From Psammoneis japonica (Eukaryota): 64,000 bases of DNA. The position numbers and the translations under genes are program-made. The notes beneath the pieces are model-generated. The model worked only from the letters and a program-made list of their open reading frames with translations, had not been told where the DNA came from and made no database searches. Each line of letters opens with the position of its first letter. Position 1 is the stretch's first letter. The stretch covers positions 124,001-188,000 of the forward strand of contig QPGO01000105.1 in assembly GCA_008632985.1 (NCBI GenBank), in the 5' to 3' direction. Below are positions 60,345-64,000 of the stretch, piece after piece.

Positions 60345-60671
60345 TGGACCTTAGTAATGGCGATTGTTGATCGAGGGTACCCAATATACCTAGTATCCGT
60401 AGCTTTGGTTTAAGTTTATAAATCTGTTGTTGGTCTCGAGAAACAACTCTACACCGATAGTCTCACACGCTGTCGATCATTTCTCGCCTCTTCGAAAAAT
60501 ACCCAAAAATTTGTGAGGTCATTTCCAAGGTATGAGATCAATGACTCCCCCTAAATGTTGAACTATGACTGCGTACATTTCTACAGGGTAAATAAGTAAT
60601 TTCGGAGGATCAAGGACATTGTCGGGTCATCTCGCTCCGTTTGCCTGCCGCGGCAAAGCTCTATCTACTAG

Positions 60672-60711
60672 AGCTACTCTCTAGCTAGTAGTAGTAGGGC
60701 CCTAGAGAGTA
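60672..60711. promoter_or_regulatory. Recurrent TpA-rich intergenic motif AGCTACTCTCTAGCTAG with a local inverted repeat
   Basis: 17/17 identical to 31282-31298, with partial copies at 27711-27721 and 27773-27783. TACTCTCTAG (60675-60684) pairs with CTAGAGAGTA (60702-60711). Function is unproven. Confidence 0.35.
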
Positions 60712-61013
60712 TCTTTGATTACTCCTCGTACTGTAGGCTAGAGTTTTGTGCATTCTTCCATTTACTAAGTGCCGTATAGTTGCGGTTACGAACATGGAGT
60801 TGATCCAGCATGAAATCGCTGCCTCACACTTGCAGGCACAATAATATTAGGAATTTTGTTTGAGTTAGTTTTTAATTAATTGGTTGGATTAGACAATTTT
60901 CCTGCAGCTCAAAAAGTTGTAATTGGAATGCGCTCTTCCTACAATTCTACTGTAGATGGATAAAAAGCATGAATGGCACATCGTACACGGTAAACCTTGA
61001 TCAAAAATTCTCC

Positions 61014-62132
61014 TCAAGCAGTTTCGGTGTTCGTTTCGTAGTCATCTTTCATGAAGGCTTTGTTTTGGTAGATCTTTCTGGCGACACCAAGATCATCCCA
61101 GAATGGCTTCTTCTTAATAGGTAAAACCTGCAGCACGACAATGCAAGATGAACCAAGAAAAGTAAGAAATTGGTCAAAGGATGAACTAGCCATTGTCACA
61201 TATAAGGGACTCACCTCTTTGATGCGGAACATGAGTACAGACGCAAACCAAATCAAGACAATGTTCGCAACAGTGAGCAGGAGGGAAATGAGTCCAGCCT
61301 CTCTGTATTCGTCCCTATCCGCCCCGTCGTGATTGTCAACATATGCATAGGCAATCCATACGACACCCGCATTGACAGCAGGTGGAAGCAACGAAGCGCT
61401 AATTGCAACCCCTACTAGGGAGTTCGCCTGGTCATCCAAGAGAGAAACTGCAACACCGAGGCCACTAAAGAAAGCGACAGGGAGCGCAACGTAAAAGTTT
61501 TGCCATTGACCCCGAATAGCCATTTCCTCGGTTGGCCAGTCGTCCGCGAGATCCGTCTTGCCGGTGATCGCTGCAATAATGACACCAATAACTACGCAAA
61601 AGATGAGACTGATACTTTCCGTCACCAATCCCACACGAATCATGCGTTTGTCGAAAATAGTCGTTCCATATGCCATTGCAACAACAGGCCCCATGATGGG
61701 TGAAACAAGCATGGAGGCGATGATTGTGGTTGAATTGTTCGATACCAACCCCAGAGCTGCCAACACGGAGGCAACAAGAAGCAGAACGTTAAAGTTGAAA
61801 CTGAACCTCCCTCCCTCCAAAATATTATCACGCATCATACGAACCCGTTCGATCTGCTCAATACTGACATGCGCAAACCTTCCGGACATCTGGACCACCT
61901 TGGCCCAATCGCTCAAGCGGGGAGCAGTGGAAGAGTTTGGGTTTCCGCCTTGATCGGTTGTTGCGTTCTCGTCCTCGCTCTCAAGAACTGAAGTAGATAC
62001 GAGCTTTGAAGATTTTCCAAGTGACATTTCTCCCTGTTCTTTCGAGCTGACGTTTGAGCCCTCCAGAACTGGGGGTTCCACAGGACCAGTTGATGCCGGT
62101 ATCTGCTCTTCTTGTTTGGCCTCGTTATTCAT
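61014..62132 (-). CDS. DUF389 (TIGR00341-like) membrane protein
   Basis: IIASMLVSPIMGP and LVGVAISASLLPPAVNAG motifs, multiple TM segments, and an in-frame 87-nt intron at 61214-61128 (GTGAGT...GCAG). Confidence 0.88.
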   Translation of the reverse strand: MNNEAKQEEQIPASTGPVEPPVLEGSNVSSKEQGEMSLGKSSKLVSTSVLESEDENATTDQGGNPNSSTAPRLSDWAKVVQMSGRFAHVSIEQIERVRMMRDNILEGGRFSFNFNVLLLVASVLAALGLVSNNSTTIIASMLVSPIMGPVVAMAYGTTIFDKRMIRVGLVTESISLIFCVVIGVIIAAITGKTDLADDWPTEEMAIRGQWQNFYVALPVAFFSGLGVAVSLLDDQANSLVGVAISASLLPPAVNAGVVWIAYAYVDNHDGADRDEYREAGLISLLLTVANIVLIWFASVLMFRIKEVSPLYVTMASSSFDQFLTFLGSSCIVVLQVLPIKKKPFWDDLGVARKIYQNKAFMKDDYETNTETA

Positions 62133-62574
62133 GTTCGTCGAGCTGTCGAGCTGCAGTCAGCCACTTACAATACACGCTATGACGTTCGATGATATTTAGC
62201 GAATGCGACTCCCTTCGACGTTCGAATAGTCGGGAAAGGTGTGAATATATACGGTCGGATGAGAACACTCAGAGAATAGAAGGCAGGTGCGGTGCGTGCG
62301 TGTCAGCTGCATGTCGATAAAGAATGAAGACGACTGCGCGATTGACGGAGAGATGATGCCCATCACTCACTCATTCGGCAAAGGCAGTGAGTCGTGCGAT
62401 TCGTTCTGTCGAATCCTACGCAACGGAGATGTGTTGTCGTACACTTTCACGCCTGCATCGCCTCCAAATTTTCAATTCGAAAATTTGGAACGGGCCAACG
62501 CTCTCACGAGGAGGTTCAGGATCCTTTGGATCATGCTGTTGTATTCACGTTGTTTGCCTGCCACTTTTTACACG

Positions 62575-64000
62575 TGTCATTCTGAAGGACTTCATCCATG
62601 CCGCAGTTGCAACAACAACGAAATGACATGTTGCAAACAAGCAGCGCAACTGTGCGGTCACAGTTGAGTCGTCGCAGTGCCGTCCACACGTCGCACGGCA
62701 CACAGGCTCAGAGCAAACCGGAGCAAGCGTGGTGGGACACTCAATGTGGCACACAAAATGGGAGACATTTCATGTTTCACGGATGCAGCTTCCGGGTCTC
62801 AACATTCCCCTTTCGATTTTCTGTGCCGTTTTTGTGTTGTCACGGTGGAAGTGCAATGACCATGATGGTCGATTTTCACATCAATGTGAGTGGGGCCCAA
62901 ATGCACTGACCATTGGAACCTCATCAAATCGATGGTGCAGAACACTGTCATGTCACCAGCGCATCTGGGCCCCACTTGCATTGCCATGAAAATCGCGACG
63001 GCATTCTCTCACTCTCATGGCTGATTTCTTTCTGCAGGCGCACCCAGAAAAGTGCTGCGCACCGATGCTGTGCAAGCGCCTGTGCTGATGAGGGGTCACG
63101 GGCTTGATTTCTAGTTTCCTTGGTGCAAAAGAGCACAGCCCTTGGCCTTGAACACCTCGTGCTCCAAAGGATGACGGCCAGCTCGGAGCTCACATGCAAA
63201 GCACACTGCCGTTGTTGGTTTCACAGTGCCGCACAGTTTTTCAGCTTGATCAGTGCAGGCTTGGTGCATTTCCATGTGAAGGAAACAATCCACCTGGCAC
63301 GCAAGCAGTGCAGCAATCGCCCAGCTCACAGACTTCCATTTGTCTGCACCGGTGCTGTTCTTGATTTCGTCTGCGCACCCGCTTGGCGGATTAAATCACT
63401 TTCTCAATGGGAAGCGAGTTGCTTTTGTCTCAGATTTTTTGAATTTTTGATTTCAAAACTTTGCACATGTGCTTCCATTGGTTCTGTTCTGTGTCCCCGC
63501 ATGTCTTGTGTCCTTGTCAGCACTGGGCTGAATCGCGCGCTTCTGCTGAATGAAATGTTGCACCAAGATCCACACAATGCCGACCGACCAACCAACCGAC
63601 GCACCACACGGCATGTGACTGACTCAAGGTGGTCATTGCGCTGTTCACATGTTCATGTCCTTTGAACAATTCAAGTGCAATGTTGTTCAATGCACAAAAG
63701 AATTTTTGCAATCAAGCATGCTGGATCAATGAAAGTTCTAATTTTTGAGTTTCGGCATCGGAGCCACCACACACAAACAAATCACACAAACAACAAAGAC
63801 CAGACTCACACTCAACACTCACAACAGCAAGCTCTCTCTCTCTCTCTCTCTCTTGTTGTGGCTTTCATGTTGCAAGAGTTCTCTTTGTGTGCAATGTTGT
63901 TTCACCCACCATGAAGCGACTCACTGAAATCAACACACAAGCCATTCTCTCCTTTGTGGAGGAGCGCATTCACAATGGAAAATTCCCAAACATTGTGACA
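62575..64000. mobile_element. Decayed repeat block running off the window end, unclassified
   Basis: TpA nearly absent from about 62575 onward; Tyr-free ORF fragments. Confidence 0.45.

Overview
This is a eukaryotic window, most likely from a pennate diatom (inferred from the short GT-AG introns, the class C GPCR, MORN and ferric-reductase paralogues, and a diatom-type LINE with RNase H). Islands of ordinary genes alternate with blocks of decayed repeat DNA that make up roughly half the window. The genes are two class C (GABA-B-like) GPCRs, three MORN-repeat paralogues, a KCTD-type BTB protein, a secreted GACC cysteine-repeat protein, a full-size ABCG transporter, two ferric reductase/NOX-family genes and a DUF389 gene. 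The repeat blocks include a LINE, a Crinkler-like REase-kinase pseudogene and unclassified relics. A young 207-bp MITE and a Crypton-like fragment lie outside the decayed blocks. The main signal is that the repeat blocks have lost almost every TpA and much of their CpG, both converted to TpG/CpA. A decayed ABCG tail (42607-42957) aligned by hand to the intact gene shows 14 of 16 TpA and 8 of 17 CpG changed to TpG or CpA. This looks like a repeat-directed A:T>G:C hypermutation process at TpA, opposite in direction to fungal RIP, which turns Tyr into Cys/His and erases TAA/TAG stops. It spares duplicated host genes, and at block edges it extends beyond the zone of CpG loss. Six single-base indels in otherwise intact genes are probably consensus errors.
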